Shown: piece after piece, positions 1 through 9,347 of the stretch
Layout of the letters: each line of letters begins with the position of its first letter
Position numbering within the stretch: the first letter of the stretch is position 1
NCBI GenBank assembly: GCA_030536665.1
Contig: JAUNPO010000001.1
Coordinates: forward strand, 5,336 to 57,054
Source: Pseudomonadota bacterium
GTDB taxonomy: Bacteria; Pseudomonadota; Alphaproteobacteria; RF32; CAG-239
Direction: 5' to 3'
DNA length: 51,719 nt
Program-made: the position numbers and the translations under genes
The notes under the pieces: generated by a model
The model's database searches: none
What the model was told of the DNA's origin: nothing
Seen by the model: only the letters and a program-made list of their open reading frames with translations

Positions 1-102
1 TATATACTGCGTATTGATGACAATCGGCGGCATCTGCGGCTGCGCATTATCCTGCCCGCTGTTGTCATTGGCTGTCTGCTTATTGCTGTTTTCTTCTGTC
101 AT
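1..102 (-). CDS. secB: SecB-like export chaperone, N-terminal 34 codons only (gene runs off the left edge)
   Basis: Minus-strand ATG at 102. The translation is MTEENSNKQTANDNSGQDNAQPQMPPIVINTQYI, and the ...INTQYI segment resembles the start of the conserved SecB core. It is divergent from Tim44-like/mltA, as in other alphaproteobacteria. The fragment is very short. Confidence 0.4.
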   Translation of the reverse strand, partial: MTEENSNKQTANDNSGQDNAQPQMPPIVINTQYI

Positions 103-212
103 AAAACATCTCCTTATTAACAATTGTCTTAGAATATAATTCAATTCTGTTGATAATCAAAGCAAAAAACGCTATATATTAAATGTAAAACAACAAATTT
201 CAGAGGACGGTT

Positions 213-872
213 ATGGGATCTGCAGTAGAATTAATCTTATTATTGGCGGCAGTAGCTTATATCATTGTAAAATATATCAATATTATCAACAATGATACCA
301 AAATTGAAAATCAAAAAATTACGGAAGAAAAAGCATCTCAGCTCTTTAATCTGATTGTTAAGGAAGCTGAAAAAAAAGGCTTAAAAATCGAACCGGATAA
401 TAGCACATCCTCAAACGCGGACGAATTAAGCGAAACAGACCAGGTCCTGCAAAAAATCCCTAACTTCAGCAAAGAAAAATTTATAGAAAGCGCTAAAAAG
501 GCTTTTGAACTAATTCTCGATTCTTTCAGCAAAGGCGATACGGAAACGCTTGAAAAACTGGTATCTAAAAATGTCGCAAAAAAATTCCAGGAAATATTAA
601 ACCAACGGCAATCTGAAGGCATCACCTCTGAAACAGACTTGATTTCCTTCGATTCGGCTGAAATTACCAACGCCAAAATCACCAAAAACGATTTGGTAAA
701 AATCACCGTTAAATTTATTTCAGAACAAGTCAACCTCCTCAAAAACAAAGACGGGGAAATCATTGAAGGCGATGAACAATATATCCAAAACATCACCGAC
801 ATATGGACTTTTGAAAGAAGCATCACTTCCGCCAGCCCGAACTGGTTACTGACATCTACGAAAAAATCATGA
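213..872 (+). CDS. Tim44-like domain membrane protein
   Basis: 219 aa with an N-terminal TM helix. The C-terminal half (…KFISEQVNLLKNKDGEIIEGDEQYIQNITDIWTFER…NWLL) looks like the Tim44-like fold. It sits upstream of mltA-smr, which is typical alphaproteobacterial synteny. Confidence 0.6.
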   Translation: MGSAVELILLLAAVAYIIVKYINIINNDTKIENQKITEEKASQLFNLIVKEAEKKGLKIEPDNSTSSNADELSETDQVLQKIPNFSKEKFIESAKKAFELILDSFSKGDTETLEKLVSKNVAKKFQEILNQRQSEGITSETDLISFDSAEITNAKITKNDLVKITVKFISEQVNLLKNKDGEIIEGDEQYIQNITDIWTFERSITSASPNWLLTSTKKS

Positions 873-2077
873 AAAAAACCATCGTCATTATCGGATTATG
901 TTTCATTTGCTTTCTCATCATCTTCAAAAAAAATGAGAAAGAAACTGACATTATACCCTCTCACCCTCATGAAGAAAGAGCAACCCCCCCGCAAATCGTT
1001 TTGAAAAAGGCCGCTTTCTCAGATTTGAAAAACTGGAACAACGACAATCTGGCGTTAACGCTGAGCGGTTTTAACAATTCCTGCATAAAAATACTTTCCG
1101 AAAACACGACCTACCTTTCCAATGCGGAAATAAAGCTGCCGACAGCGTCTTATCGGGAAATATGCCGTCAATTTATTGCGTCCCAACCGGAAAATACAAC
1201 TGAATTCAAAAACTTTCTGGAAAAAAATTTCACGCCTTTTCTGGTAACGGACAATGGCAACGAAGAAGGCAAATTTACGTCCTATTTTGAATCTTCACTA
1301 AACGCTTCCTACACCAAAAGCGAAAAATACAAATACCCCATATACGGAAAACCTTACGATTTAATTGAACTTAACACGCGGGATTTCAATCCGGATCAGC
1401 CAAATCACAGATTCGTCGGCAGAATAGAAAATCAAAAACTGGTTCCCTATTTCACCCGCAAAGAAATTGAACAGAACAATATCAATGCTCCGGTCATCTT
1501 ATGGGGTGACAGCAATATTGACATAAATATCATGCAAATCCAAGGATCTGCCGTCGCCAAACTGGATGACGGCCGGGAAGTCCGCGTCGGTTACGCCGAC
1601 AATAACGGCCACCCGTTTAAAGGCATCGGCTCGATTCTCCTGTCCAAAGGCCTGGTAAAACCCGGACAGGCATCCATGTCCCATATAAAACAATGGCTGA
1701 AACAAAATCCGCAGTTAGCCGAAGAAAACCTCTATGAGAACAACCGTTATATTTTCCACCGCCTTGTTAATGCGGACGGTCCCATCGGCGCTCACGGCGT
1801 GCCGCTTCATGCCGGACGCAGCCTGGCTGTCGATAAAAAATACATCCCCCTCGGTTCGCTGATATGGCTTGAAACAACCGGACCCGATAAAGAAAAAATA
1901 GAAAAACTGGTTGTTGCTCAGGATATCGGCAGCGCCATAAAAGGAATAGTCAGAGGCGACTATTTTTGGGGATCCGGGGCTGATGAAATCTTGGATAAAG
2001 CCGGAAAAATGAATTCATCGGGAAAATATTATATTTTAATTCCCAAAAACGCGGAGCAGAATTATGAACACTTCTAA
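869..2077 (+). CDS. mltA: Membrane-bound lytic murein transglycosylase A
   Basis: 402 aa with a signal/anchor. MltA-type and 3D-domain segments are present (…GRSLAVDKKYIPLGSLIWLET…AQDIGSAIKGIVRGDYFWGSG…). The start overlaps the upstream stop (ATGA). Confidence 0.8.
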   Translation: MKKTIVIIGLCFICFLIIFKKNEKETDIIPSHPHEERATPPQIVLKKAAFSDLKNWNNDNLALTLSGFNNSCIKILSENTTYLSNAEIKLPTASYREICRQFIASQPENTTEFKNFLEKNFTPFLVTDNGNEEGKFTSYFESSLNASYTKSEKYKYPIYGKPYDLIELNTRDFNPDQPNHRFVGRIENQKLVPYFTRKEIEQNNINAPVILWGDSNIDINIMQIQGSAVAKLDDGREVRVGYADNNGHPFKGIGSILLSKGLVKPGQASMSHIKQWLKQNPQLAEENLYENNRYIFHRLVNADGPIGAHGVPLHAGRSLAVDKKYIPLGSLIWLETTGPDKEKIEKLVVAQDIGSAIKGIVRGDYFWGSGADEILDKAGKMNSSGKYYILIPKNAEQNYEHF

Positions 2078-2591
2078 AAAGAAACCCAACAAAGCCGACT
2101 TACTGGTTTACAAAGCACTCAACCGCGCCATAGAAGCCGATAAGCTTCGCATCTACCTTGACTATGGCAAAATAAACCGTCCGGGTTCACCCGTTTATGA
2201 CCCTTGGGAAACTCTCCTGCCCATTTTGGTACCCACGGTCATCGGAATGCTCTTAATCCTTTCTGACCGCGTTTTGTTCGGCCTGGTGTTCATCATTGCA
2301 ATGATTTTGATTTACAGCCATTATTTTAAGAAAAAAGTATACCGCCTGATAATCGAACGGGCTAAACAGTATTTTACCAAAGACTACGACCATTGTCAGG
2401 AACTTTGGGACTTTGGCGGCTTGGTTCTGGTTAATGCTGAAAATAAAAAATCCGGATGCGTTTCGCCGGACGGTGACTGGAAAGAATTCGTTATTCAGAA
2501 TTTTGCTGATTATATGGTTGAAAAAACGGATAAGAAAACAGATGAAGCAACAAATGAAAAATCTGAACAGGAAATCGGAATCTCAGCCTGA
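2064..2591 (+). CDS. Hypothetical membrane protein
   Basis: 175-aa ORF with two hydrophobic helices (LLPILVPTVIGMLLIL, LFGLVFIIAMILIY) and an acidic/lysine-rich tail. I recognise no family. Confidence 0.45.
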   Translation: MNTSKKKPNKADLLVYKALNRAIEADKLRIYLDYGKINRPGSPVYDPWETLLPILVPTVIGMLLILSDRVLFGLVFIIAMILIYSHYFKKKVYRLIIERAKQYFTKDYDHCQELWDFGGLVLVNAENKKSGCVSPDGDWKEFVIQNFADYMVEKTDKKTDEATNEKSEQEIGISA

Positions 2592-3114
2592 GATTGATGA
2601 AAAAGAATGGGAAGAAGCCGTCAAAGATGTTAAAAAGCTTCCGCAGCCGCCGGAACTTCCCAATGACAAAGCCGTAACCATAGAAATAAAACCGGTAGTC
2701 AATGTTTTTGAAGCCTACGGGGGAGAAACCTTGTCGAACCTTGAAGCCGACTTTTATGCCGGCATAGACAAACAAACACTGAAAAAATTCAAAAGAGAAG
2801 AATATCCTGTTGAAGCCGTATTGGATTTGCACGGACAAACAGAAAAAAACGCGCATGCCCTCGTCTGCAATTTCATACAAAAGGCATATGCGGAACAAAA
2901 ACGCTGCGTTATCATCATTACCGGCAAAGGAAATATGCATAAAGAACAGGAAGAAGATATCTTTGCTTCCCGCGGTATATTGAAAAACAGCGTCCCCAAC
3001 TGGCTAAACGCGCCGGAACTTAGACCGCTGATATTATCTTACAAATACCCCTCTGAAGCCAAAGGCGGAAAAGGCGCGCTCTACATATTGCTGCGCCGCC
3101 GCAGAAAAAATTAA
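2542..3114 (+). CDS. smr: Smr (MutS2-like small) domain protein
   Basis: Smr signature LDLHGQTEKNAHALVCNFIQKAYAEQKRCVIIITGKG. The ORF-track start at 2413 overlaps the previous gene by 179 nt, so an in-frame ATG at 2542 (or 2554) is more plausible. Confidence 0.75.
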   Translation: MKQQMKNLNRKSESQPEIDEKEWEEAVKDVKKLPQPPELPNDKAVTIEIKPVVNVFEAYGGETLSNLEADFYAGIDKQTLKKFKREEYPVEAVLDLHGQTEKNAHALVCNFIQKAYAEQKRCVIIITGKGNMHKEQEEDIFASRGILKNSVPNWLNAPELRPLILSYKYPSEAKGGKGALYILLRRRRKN

Positions 3115-3800
3115 CTCAGCCACAAAGCATTACTGATTTTATTCGCCAAAAATTCCTCATGCGCTTTGATTTCTTCTTCGCTTAAAGGAAAAGGCCGCGG
3201 TTCGCGAAACTGCTTTTTTATTTGAGAAAAGTCAACGGTAGCCGCAAATTGCTGCGTCTTTTTCTCATCGCCGAGCATTGATGGTTCCTGCCCGCCAAGC
3301 AGTTCCAGATATACTTCAGCCAGCAACTGGGCGTCAAGCAAAGCGCCGTGCAGCGTACGGCTGGTATTGTCAACGCCGAAACGGCGACACAAAGCGTCCA
3401 AATTAACCCTTGACCCGGGAAACAAACGCCGCGCAATTTCCAGCGTATCAACAACTCTGTCCCAGGACAATTCATCATATCCCAACCCCTTCAGCTCAAA
3501 ATTGATAAACTTCATATCAAATGAAGCGTTATGAGCCACCAGTTTGGCATCGCCGACAAAATCAAGCCATTCCTTGGCAACATCTTTGAACGTCGGGAAA
3601 TCTTTCAAATAATCATAACTCAGCCCGTGCACTTTAAAAGCGTCTTCGGGAACTTCTCTTTCCGGGTTAATATATTGATGATATTGCACGCCGGTCGGAA
3701 TATGGTTAAGCAGCTCCACCGCGCCGATTTCAACCAGTTTATCCCCCTCTTCCGGATGAAATCCGGTTGTTTCCGTATCAAAAACAATCTCTCTTAACAT
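3111..3800 (-). CDS. dnaQ: DNA polymerase III epsilon subunit (3'-5' exonuclease)
   Basis: Exo motifs are present: VFDTETTG, HNASFDMKF and HGALLDAQLLAEVY. Confidence 0.9.
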   Translation of the reverse strand: MLREIVFDTETTGFHPEEGDKLVEIGAVELLNHIPTGVQYHQYINPEREVPEDAFKVHGLSYDYLKDFPTFKDVAKEWLDFVGDAKLVAHNASFDMKFINFELKGLGYDELSWDRVVDTLEIARRLFPGSRVNLDALCRRFGVDNTSRTLHGALLDAQLLAEVYLELLGGQEPSMLGDEKKTQQFAATVDFSQIKKQFREPRPFPLSEEEIKAHEEFLANKISNALWLS

Positions 3801-4378
3801 TGCTTAATCCTGTCAATCACATAAACCAGTTCCGCCCGCAGGACATTACATGGTTTATCCGTATCAATCACAACATCCGCCAGCATTTTCTTATATTTAT
3901 TATCCATTTGCACAATATTGATTTTTTCAAAATCTTCAGCGGAAACTTTGTCTCGTTCCATCACCCGCCGTTTCTGAATTTCATAATCAACATCGGCAAC
4001 GATAATATAATCGCAATACCTGTGCCACCCCATTTCAAAAAGCAAAGCCACATCCAAAAACAACAAAGCGTCAGTTCTGGCATTCTTAAGGATTAACTCG
4101 CGCAGCTTCATCTTCAAGAACGGGTGAATCAACCCCTCAAGCTTTTTTAACTCTTCATTGTTATCAAAAACAATCTGGCGCAGCTTTCTTTTGTTAACTC
4201 TTCCCGATTCCATAACCGACGGAAAATTCTCCCCGATTACCTTAATAAAAGCTTTTTTGTTATACAGTCTTCTGACCCAGCCGTCGACATCATAGACAGG
4301 ATAACCCAAAGATTTTACTTCTTTGGCCAAGGTCGTTTTTCCACATCCGATAGACCCGGTAATAGCTGCTAATTTCAT
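3794..4378 (-). CDS. coaE: Dephospho-CoA kinase
   Basis: MKLAAITGSIGCGKTT P-loop at the N-terminus. I prefer the ATG at 4378 to the ORF-track start at 4417, which would run into a DnaA box. Confidence 0.85.
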   Translation of the reverse strand: MKLAAITGSIGCGKTTLAKEVKSLGYPVYDVDGWVRRLYNKKAFIKVIGENFPSVMESGRVNKRKLRQIVFDNNEELKKLEGLIHPFLKMKLRELILKNARTDALLFLDVALLFEMGWHRYCDYIIVADVDYEIQKRRVMERDKVSAEDFEKINIVQMDNKYKKMLADVVIDTDKPCNVLRAELVYVIDRIKQC

Positions 4379-4409
4379 TATTTTTTCCTTTAAACAAAGG
4401 CTTACAGAG

Positions 4410-4418
4410 TTATGCACA
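4410..4418 (+). promoter_or_regulatory. DnaA box TTATGCACA
   Basis: Matches the consensus TTATNCACA. Confidence 0.5.
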
Positions 4419-4432
4419 AAACCTGTTGATTC

Positions 4433-4441
4433 TGTGTATAA
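4433..4441 (-). promoter_or_regulatory. DnaA box TTATACACA (minus strand)
   Basis: The plus strand reads TGTGTATAA, and its reverse complement matches TTATNCACA. Confidence 0.5.
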
Positions 4442-4600
4442 CTCAGTGCTTTCTAATATTTATACAAAGTAATCCTCATAATGTAAAATTTATTCTACAA
4501 TTTTACCCACAATCGGCTCTCAGATTCGTTTTTCAACCAAGAAATTTATTTAAATTTAATGTAAATAATTAACTTTACAAACTATGACTCGATAAAAACA

Positions 4601-4615
4601 TTAAGATTCTGTTAA
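4601..4615. promoter_or_regulatory. CtrA-type box TTAA-N7-TTAA with GATTC in the spacer
   Basis: The sequence is ttaaGATTCtgttaa. The motif is short and the context is AT-rich, so a chance match is possible. Confidence 0.35.
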
Positions 4616-4644
4616 CTTTTAAAAAGTCAGGGCTTTTCGATTCG

Positions 4645-4659
4645 TTAACAATTTATTAA
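4645..4659. promoter_or_regulatory. CtrA-type box TTAA-N7-TTAA
   Basis: The sequence is ttaacaatttattaa. The same caveat applies as for 4601-4615. Confidence 0.35.
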
Positions 4660-4686
4660 CAATACTTTTAAAAGCGCCCCAAAAAC

Positions 4687-4695
4687 TTATCCACA
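4687..4695 (+). promoter_or_regulatory. DnaA box TTATCCACA (perfect)
   Basis: Exact match to the canonical 9-mer. Confidence 0.6.
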
Positions 4696-4759
4696 TAATG
4701 CACAGGCATATACAAACCACTACATAAATTTTAAAAATAATTAGTTAGGGCTTTCGGCT

Positions 4760-4768
4760 TGTGCATAA
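4760..4768 (-). promoter_or_regulatory. DnaA box TTATGCACA (minus strand)
   Basis: The plus strand reads TGTGCATAA. Confidence 0.5.
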
Positions 4769-4887
4769 CCTTTTTTCAAAACAAACATTTGACAGTTGAA
4801 CATTTAAATCATATAAACAAGTCAACGTTAAGCACATTCCTGCTTACTATTTCCCTCCTACTGCTACTACATACATAAGGTTACATA

Positions 4888-6141
4888 ATGCACTTACAAG
4901 AATTAAAGCAAAAATCTCCTAAAGAGTTGTTAACTCAGGCAGAAGAGCTTGGCATTGAAGACGCTTCTTCCATGCGTGTCCAGGATTTGATTTTTGCCAT
5001 CCTGAAAAAGGTTGCCTCTGACGACGAAATTATTTACGGTACCGGAACAATAGAAGTCCTCCCTGACGGATTTGGCTTCTTGCGGTCAATAGAATCAAAT
5101 TATTTAGCCAGCCCGGATGATATCTATGTTTCTCCGGCTCAGGTCAAAAAATTCGGCTTGCGGACAGGCGATACTGTCGAAGGCGAAATTCGCTCGCCCA
5201 AGGACAACGAACGTTATTTTGCGTTAACTAAAGTTAATAAAATCAATTATGAAGACCCTGAAAAATCAAAACTGCGCGTTAACTTTGACAATCTGACACC
5301 GCTATATCCGACAAAGAAATTAAATTTTGACATTATCTGCGGTGAAAAAGATTATACAACGCGCGTTATTGACCTGGTTGCGCCTCAGGGCAAAGGTCAG
5401 CGCGGTCTGATTGTGGCGCCGCCCCGCACCGGTAAAACAGTCATGCTGCAAAACATAGCGCACGCCATTGCCGAAAACCACCCGGAAGTTTACCTGATGG
5501 TTCTGCTTATTGACGAGCGCCCGGAAGAAGTGACGGATATGACCCGCTCTGTTAAAGGCGAAGTTATTTCATCCACGTTTGATGAACCGGCCAGCCGTCA
5601 TGTTCAGGTTGCCGAAATGGTTGTTGAAAAAGCCAAGCGCTTGGTTGAAACCAAAAAGGATGTTGTAATCCTGCTCGATTCCATTACCCGCCTTGGCCGC
5701 GCTTATAATGCGGTTATCCCCTCCTCCGGTAAGGTCTTAACCGGAGGTGTTGACGCCAATGCCCTGCAGCGTCCGAAACGTTTGCTTGGCGCTGCTCGCA
5801 ACGTTGAAGAAGGAGGTTCTTTGACAATCATTGCAACCGCGTTGGTTGATACCGGCTCCCGTATGGATGAAGTTATTTTTGAAGAATTCAAAGGAACCGG
5901 CAATTCTGAAATCATCCTTGACCGTAAATTGGTTGATAAACGCCTCTTCCCGACGATTGACATCACCCGGTCCGGAACGCGTAAGGAAGAGCTTCTTGTT
6001 GACCGCCAGACGCTTTCCAAGATGTGGGTTCTGCGCCGTGTATTAATGCAAATGGGTATGACTGACGGTATGGAATTTCTGCTTGATAAACTGAAAGTGT
6101 CAAAAGACAACAATGATTTCTTCAATAATATGAACAGTTAA
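4888..6141 (+). CDS. rho: Transcription termination factor Rho
   Basis: 417 aa with the Rho N-terminal and cold-shock-like domains, the P-loop APPRTGKT and the typical C-terminus. Confidence 0.95.
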   Translation: MHLQELKQKSPKELLTQAEELGIEDASSMRVQDLIFAILKKVASDDEIIYGTGTIEVLPDGFGFLRSIESNYLASPDDIYVSPAQVKKFGLRTGDTVEGEIRSPKDNERYFALTKVNKINYEDPEKSKLRVNFDNLTPLYPTKKLNFDIICGEKDYTTRVIDLVAPQGKGQRGLIVAPPRTGKTVMLQNIAHAIAENHPEVYLMVLLIDERPEEVTDMTRSVKGEVISSTFDEPASRHVQVAEMVVEKAKRLVETKKDVVILLDSITRLGRAYNAVIPSSGKVLTGGVDANALQRPKRLLGAARNVEEGGSLTIIATALVDTGSRMDEVIFEEFKGTGNSEIILDRKLVDKRLFPTIDITRSGTRKEELLVDRQTLSKMWVLRRVLMQMGMTDGMEFLLDKLKVSKDNNDFFNNMNS

Positions 6142-6149
6142 ACAAAAAA

Positions 6150-6174
6150 AGAGAGGTTTTAACCTCTCTTTTCT
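6150..6174 (+). terminator. Intrinsic terminator after rho
   Basis: The stem agagagg/cctctct is followed by ttttc. It overlaps the 3' end of the convergent gene. Confidence 0.6.
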
Positions 6175-6809
6175 TCATAAAAATTTACAATCTTCTTTAC
6201 CCAGTCGTTTCTGTAAATATTTGAATCCATTGTCAGATATTCCAAAGTTTTGGAAATCATGTCAGGATATATTTCCCTAAACATGCCTAAAGATGAGAAA
6301 AAAGCAATAGCTCTTTCCTTGTCGACATCGTTTGTTGGATCCAGATGCAGTGCCAGAGAATAAACCATCGTTTGAAAATCAGATGATTTTTTTTCCATGG
6401 CAAAACCCCTGATGTGATTCTGCGATAAAATCATATAAGCTTCCGGCCAACACCATGAAAACATTGTTCCGTTCGCCGAGGTTAAATTCGGTTCTACGGC
6501 AAGCTTGACTAAGCGAAAAAAACAATCCTCGCAACCGATAATCATTTCCGGATACTCGCTTAAATTTTTAAAAAACGAACTCAGTTTTTCTCCGTTATAG
6601 TTTTTTATTTCTCGCGGAAATTCCTTCTGAAAAAGGTCTAAAGAATTTTTAATGATTATTTCAGCCGCATCCAGCATAGCGTGATAATCGGCAAATTCTT
6701 TTGCGCGTTCCGAAGGTTTGTTTGTTTTAATAATGCCGTTAACTTTCTGTTCTGCGATTCTCTTTGCAGTTAAACCACTTTTGTACAGTTCAAAAATTTG
6801 TGTATCCAT
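6159..6809 (-). CDS. Hypothetical protein
   Basis: 216-aa ORF with clean coding appearance. I recognise no family. It is opposite in strand to the flanking rho and mnmE. Confidence 0.5.
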   Translation of the reverse strand: MDTQIFELYKSGLTAKRIAEQKVNGIIKTNKPSERAKEFADYHAMLDAAEIIIKNSLDLFQKEFPREIKNYNGEKLSSFFKNLSEYPEMIIGCEDCFFRLVKLAVEPNLTSANGTMFSWCWPEAYMILSQNHIRGFAMEKKSSDFQTMVYSLALHLDPTNDVDKERAIAFFSSLGMFREIYPDMISKTLEYLTMDSNIYRNDWVKKIVNFYEEKRG

Positions 6810-6853
6810 AATTGTATAATTAATAATAAATTTAATGTATCAAAAATAGCGAA

Positions 6854-7555
6854 TTAATTATTTTTGTCAAATGTTAATTTTATAAAATCATATAAATCTC
6901 GCATGTTATAAAAGATGTTTTCAATTCCGAGAGATTTTACTTTGTCTATATACGCCTGATTTTGATAAATTTCGCTGCCGAGAAAAGCGGCAACTTTCAT
7001 GCCCGCTCTCAGTCCGGCAGTCATTCCCGCGATAGAATCTTCAATAACCAGACACTGCTCCGGTTTTTCTTCCATCTGTTTAGCGGCGTAAAGGAATAAA
7101 TCCGGCTCGGGTTTTCCCCTTTCCACAAAGTCAACGGTAAAAACTTTTTCATCAGGTATATACTTGTTGAGGCCGATAATATCTGTTTTAAATTTTGTTT
7201 TGTATTTTGTGCCGCCGGTTGCAACACATTGCTTGAGCGTTTGGTCTTGAAGAATGTTGTCAACGCCGGACATTTTTTCGATTCCGAATTTTTTCATATA
7301 AGCGACGTCTGTTTCCAAAATTTCATTCCAGAATTTATCGTCAGTCTTAAAACCCAGTTTTTCTAAGACTTGTCTTTTGGTCTTGTCCGCCATTCCGCCG
7401 AAGTATTTGTTAACTGTATCAAAATCCCAGTTAACGCCGAGATGGTCGTTAAAATATGCCATTCGGTTTTTCAGCCAGATTTTTTCGGAATCAGCAATAA
7501 CCCCGTCAAAATCCCAGATAATTAGTTTTAATTTGTTATCCATGTTATTAATCAA
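6854..7555 (-). CDS. HAD-superfamily hydrolase (beta-phosphoglucomutase-like subfamily IA)
   Basis: HAD motif I is IWDFDGVIADSE. A later segment reads …CLVIEDSIAGMTAGLRAGMKV…. Confidence 0.75.
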   Translation of the reverse strand: MINNMDNKLKLIIWDFDGVIADSEKIWLKNRMAYFNDHLGVNWDFDTVNKYFGGMADKTKRQVLEKLGFKTDDKFWNEILETDVAYMKKFGIEKMSGVDNILQDQTLKQCVATGGTKYKTKFKTDIIGLNKYIPDEKVFTVDFVERGKPEPDLFLYAAKQMEEKPEQCLVIEDSIAGMTAGLRAGMKVAAFLGSEIYQNQAYIDKVKSLGIENIFYNMRDLYDFIKLTFDKNN

Positions 7556-7744
7556 TCTTTAGTTTAAAAATATCGAGTCCGTATAAAGCCCGTACAGAAG
7601 AATTTTGACGATTCTATGACATCTTGGTTAAAGAAACCTGAAAAAGCGCTGTAGAGTCCCTAAAAACGGGATTTTTAAAACTTGCATAAAAATTTGAATT
7701 TTAATATACCATTATTACAATATTTTTTTTATCAGGAAACCGCC

Positions 7745-9088
7745 ATGGACAATAAAACAATTTATGCCTTGTCAACCGTATTGGGAAAATCCGGCGTTGC
7801 CGTAATCCGTATTTCCGGAAAAGAGGCTTTGCAGGTTGTCCGGCTGATGACAAATCTTAATCCGGATAAAATAAAAGTGCGTTATGCCTATTTCACGGAT
7901 TTAAAAGATTTGAGCAAAAGCCATACTTTGGATAAATGCCTGTTGTTATATTTTAAGGCGCCTAATTCTTTTACCGGCGAGGATATTGTCGAATTGCAGA
8001 TACACGGTTCTCGCGCGGTGATTGCCAGTGTTCTGAACAATTTGAGCCGGATTCCCGAATTTCGCATGGCTGAGCCGGGAGAATTTTCCAAACGTGCCTT
8101 TTATAATCAAAAAATGGATTTGACGGAAGCGGAAGGTTTGGCTGATTTGATTGATGCTGAAACCGAAGCTCAGCAAAAATATGCTTTGCGCCAAATGGAA
8201 GGCAGCCTTAAAAATCTTTATGATGACTGGCGGACGCAGCTTGTAACAATTATGGCTCACCTTGAAGCTTATATCGATTTCCCTGATGAAGAAATTCCGG
8301 AATCCGTTGTCAATAACCTTAATAACACTGTATTTAAACTACGTGAAGCTATAAATAAACATTTGTCAGGCGATAATATCGGCGAACGTCTGCGTGAAGG
8401 GTTTCGCGTTGTCATTGTTGGCCGCCCTAATGCCGGGAAATCAAGTCTGTTGAATGCCTTTGCACAAAGGGATGTTGTTATTGTTTCCGATATAGCCGGC
8501 ACAACGCGCGACGCTGTTGATATTCATCTTGATTTGAACGGCTATCCGGTCATTATTACGGATACGGCCGGAATTCGCGAAACCGAAGAAGCTATAGAGA
8601 AACAGGGGGTTGAAATCGCATATCGCAAAATTAATGATGCTGATTTGCTTATTTGTTTGTTTGACGCTTCTCAAGACACTGTTCAGGTCTTTGATAATAT
8701 TGCGAAAACCTATGGTGATAAAATGGTTTATGTTGCCAATAAAGCCGATAATCTCACACCAGAACAATGTTCAAATATTGAAAAACAGAATATTCTTCTT
8801 ATTTCGGCCAAACACCATCAGGGAATAGATGTGCTTCTAGATAAAATTTCAAAGGTTATTGAAGACAAGTTTACGTCAAATTCTAATCTTTTGATAACGC
8901 GGGCACGCTATAGGGAGGCGCTTTCCCAAGCGTTGCAGTCACTTGACTTGTTTAATCTTGATAAGGAAATAGAGCTTTCTGCCGAAGATATCCGTCTGGC
9001 CGCTCGGGAAATAGGCAAAATTACCGGCCGTATTGAAATTGATGAAATCCTTGATAAAATTTTCGGCAGCTTCTGTATCGGTAAATAA
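7745..9088 (+). CDS. mnmE: tRNA modification GTPase MnmE
   Basis: The protein starts MDNKTIYALST…. G-domain motifs GRPNAGKSSLLN and DTAGIR are present, and the C-terminus is FCIGK. I prefer the ATG at 7745 over the ORF-track start at 7682. Confidence 0.9.
   Translation: MDNKTIYALSTVLGKSGVAVIRISGKEALQVVRLMTNLNPDKIKVRYAYFTDLKDLSKSHTLDKCLLLYFKAPNSFTGEDIVELQIHGSRAVIASVLNNLSRIPEFRMAEPGEFSKRAFYNQKMDLTEAEGLADLIDAETEAQQKYALRQMEGSLKNLYDDWRTQLVTIMAHLEAYIDFPDEEIPESVVNNLNNTVFKLREAINKHLSGDNIGERLREGFRVVIVGRPNAGKSSLLNAFAQRDVVIVSDIAGTTRDAVDIHLDLNGYPVIITDTAGIRETEEAIEKQGVEIAYRKINDADLLICLFDASQDTVQVFDNIAKTYGDKMVYVANKADNLTPEQCSNIEKQNILLISAKHHQGIDVLLDKISKVIEDKFTSNSNLLITRARYREALSQALQSLDLFNLDKEIELSAEDIRLAAREIGKITGRIEIDEILDKIFGSFCIGK
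8324..8338 (+). repeat. Polar motif copy 1: AACACTGTATTTAAA
   Basis: Inside mnmE. It reads ACT GTA TTT AAA (T V F K). Confidence 0.9.
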
Positions 9089-9101
9089 CACTGTATTTAA
9101 A
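9087..9101 (+). repeat. Polar motif copy 2: AACACTGTATTTAAA
   Basis: It starts inside the mnmE TAA stop codon (9086-9088). Confidence 0.9.
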
Positions 9102-9347
9102 GCCTGTTGTCGCAATTTTGTTGACTCGTCATCTGTTCTGCAGATTCAATGCGATTTTTATTTGAAAAAATTATTGAGAATGGATTGTTTCACGATTTAA
9201 TCTAATTTTAATAAAGAAGGAGCTCTGCTCTCTTTTTATTTTTGCCGATAAATAAAATGCAAAAAATAGCCTTTTCAAGCTATTACCCTCTTGTCAAAAA
9301 ATATAACCTGTTGTAAACCTTAGGCAATATAAAATTAAGGAATAAAA

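Larger units (their letters stand above)
4379..4887. other. Candidate chromosomal replication origin (oriC), also holding the rho and coaE promoters
   Basis: 509-bp AT-rich non-coding gap. It holds four TTATNCACA DnaA boxes, two TTAA-N7-TTAA boxes and five GANTC sites. Gene orientation switches here: dnaQ/coaE run leftward and rho…cvpA run rightward. It occupies the syntenic position of the alphaproteobacterial origin cluster. Confidence 0.55.

Noticed and set aside
2413-2541. Long N-terminal extension of the Smr ORF overlapping the preceding membrane-protein gene.
   Set aside because: The overlap is 179 nt and the extension has an odd composition. In-frame ATGs at 2542 and 2554 give a normal Smr protein.
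7682-7744. Upstream extension of mnmE (MHKNLNFNIPLLQYFFYQETA…). The same issue arises for rsmG (14270), parA (14918), the gene at 16774, the ABC exporter (46829), coaE (4417) and dnaK (42370).
   Set aside because: The conserved N-termini begin at internal ATGs with better RBS spacing. The extensions begin at alternative start codons or run into regulatory DNA.
8327-8338. Reading the polar word as a LexA/SOS box, because it contains CTGTAT.
   Set aside because: No copy has the required ACAG partner 8 nt downstream. Alphaproteobacterial LexA boxes are GTTC-N7-GTTC-type direct repeats, which are absent here.
9186-9201. parS-like half site TGTTTCACGatttaat between mnmE and mnmG.
   Set aside because: Only the left arm matches. 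The right arm is unrelated, so it is not a palindrome.
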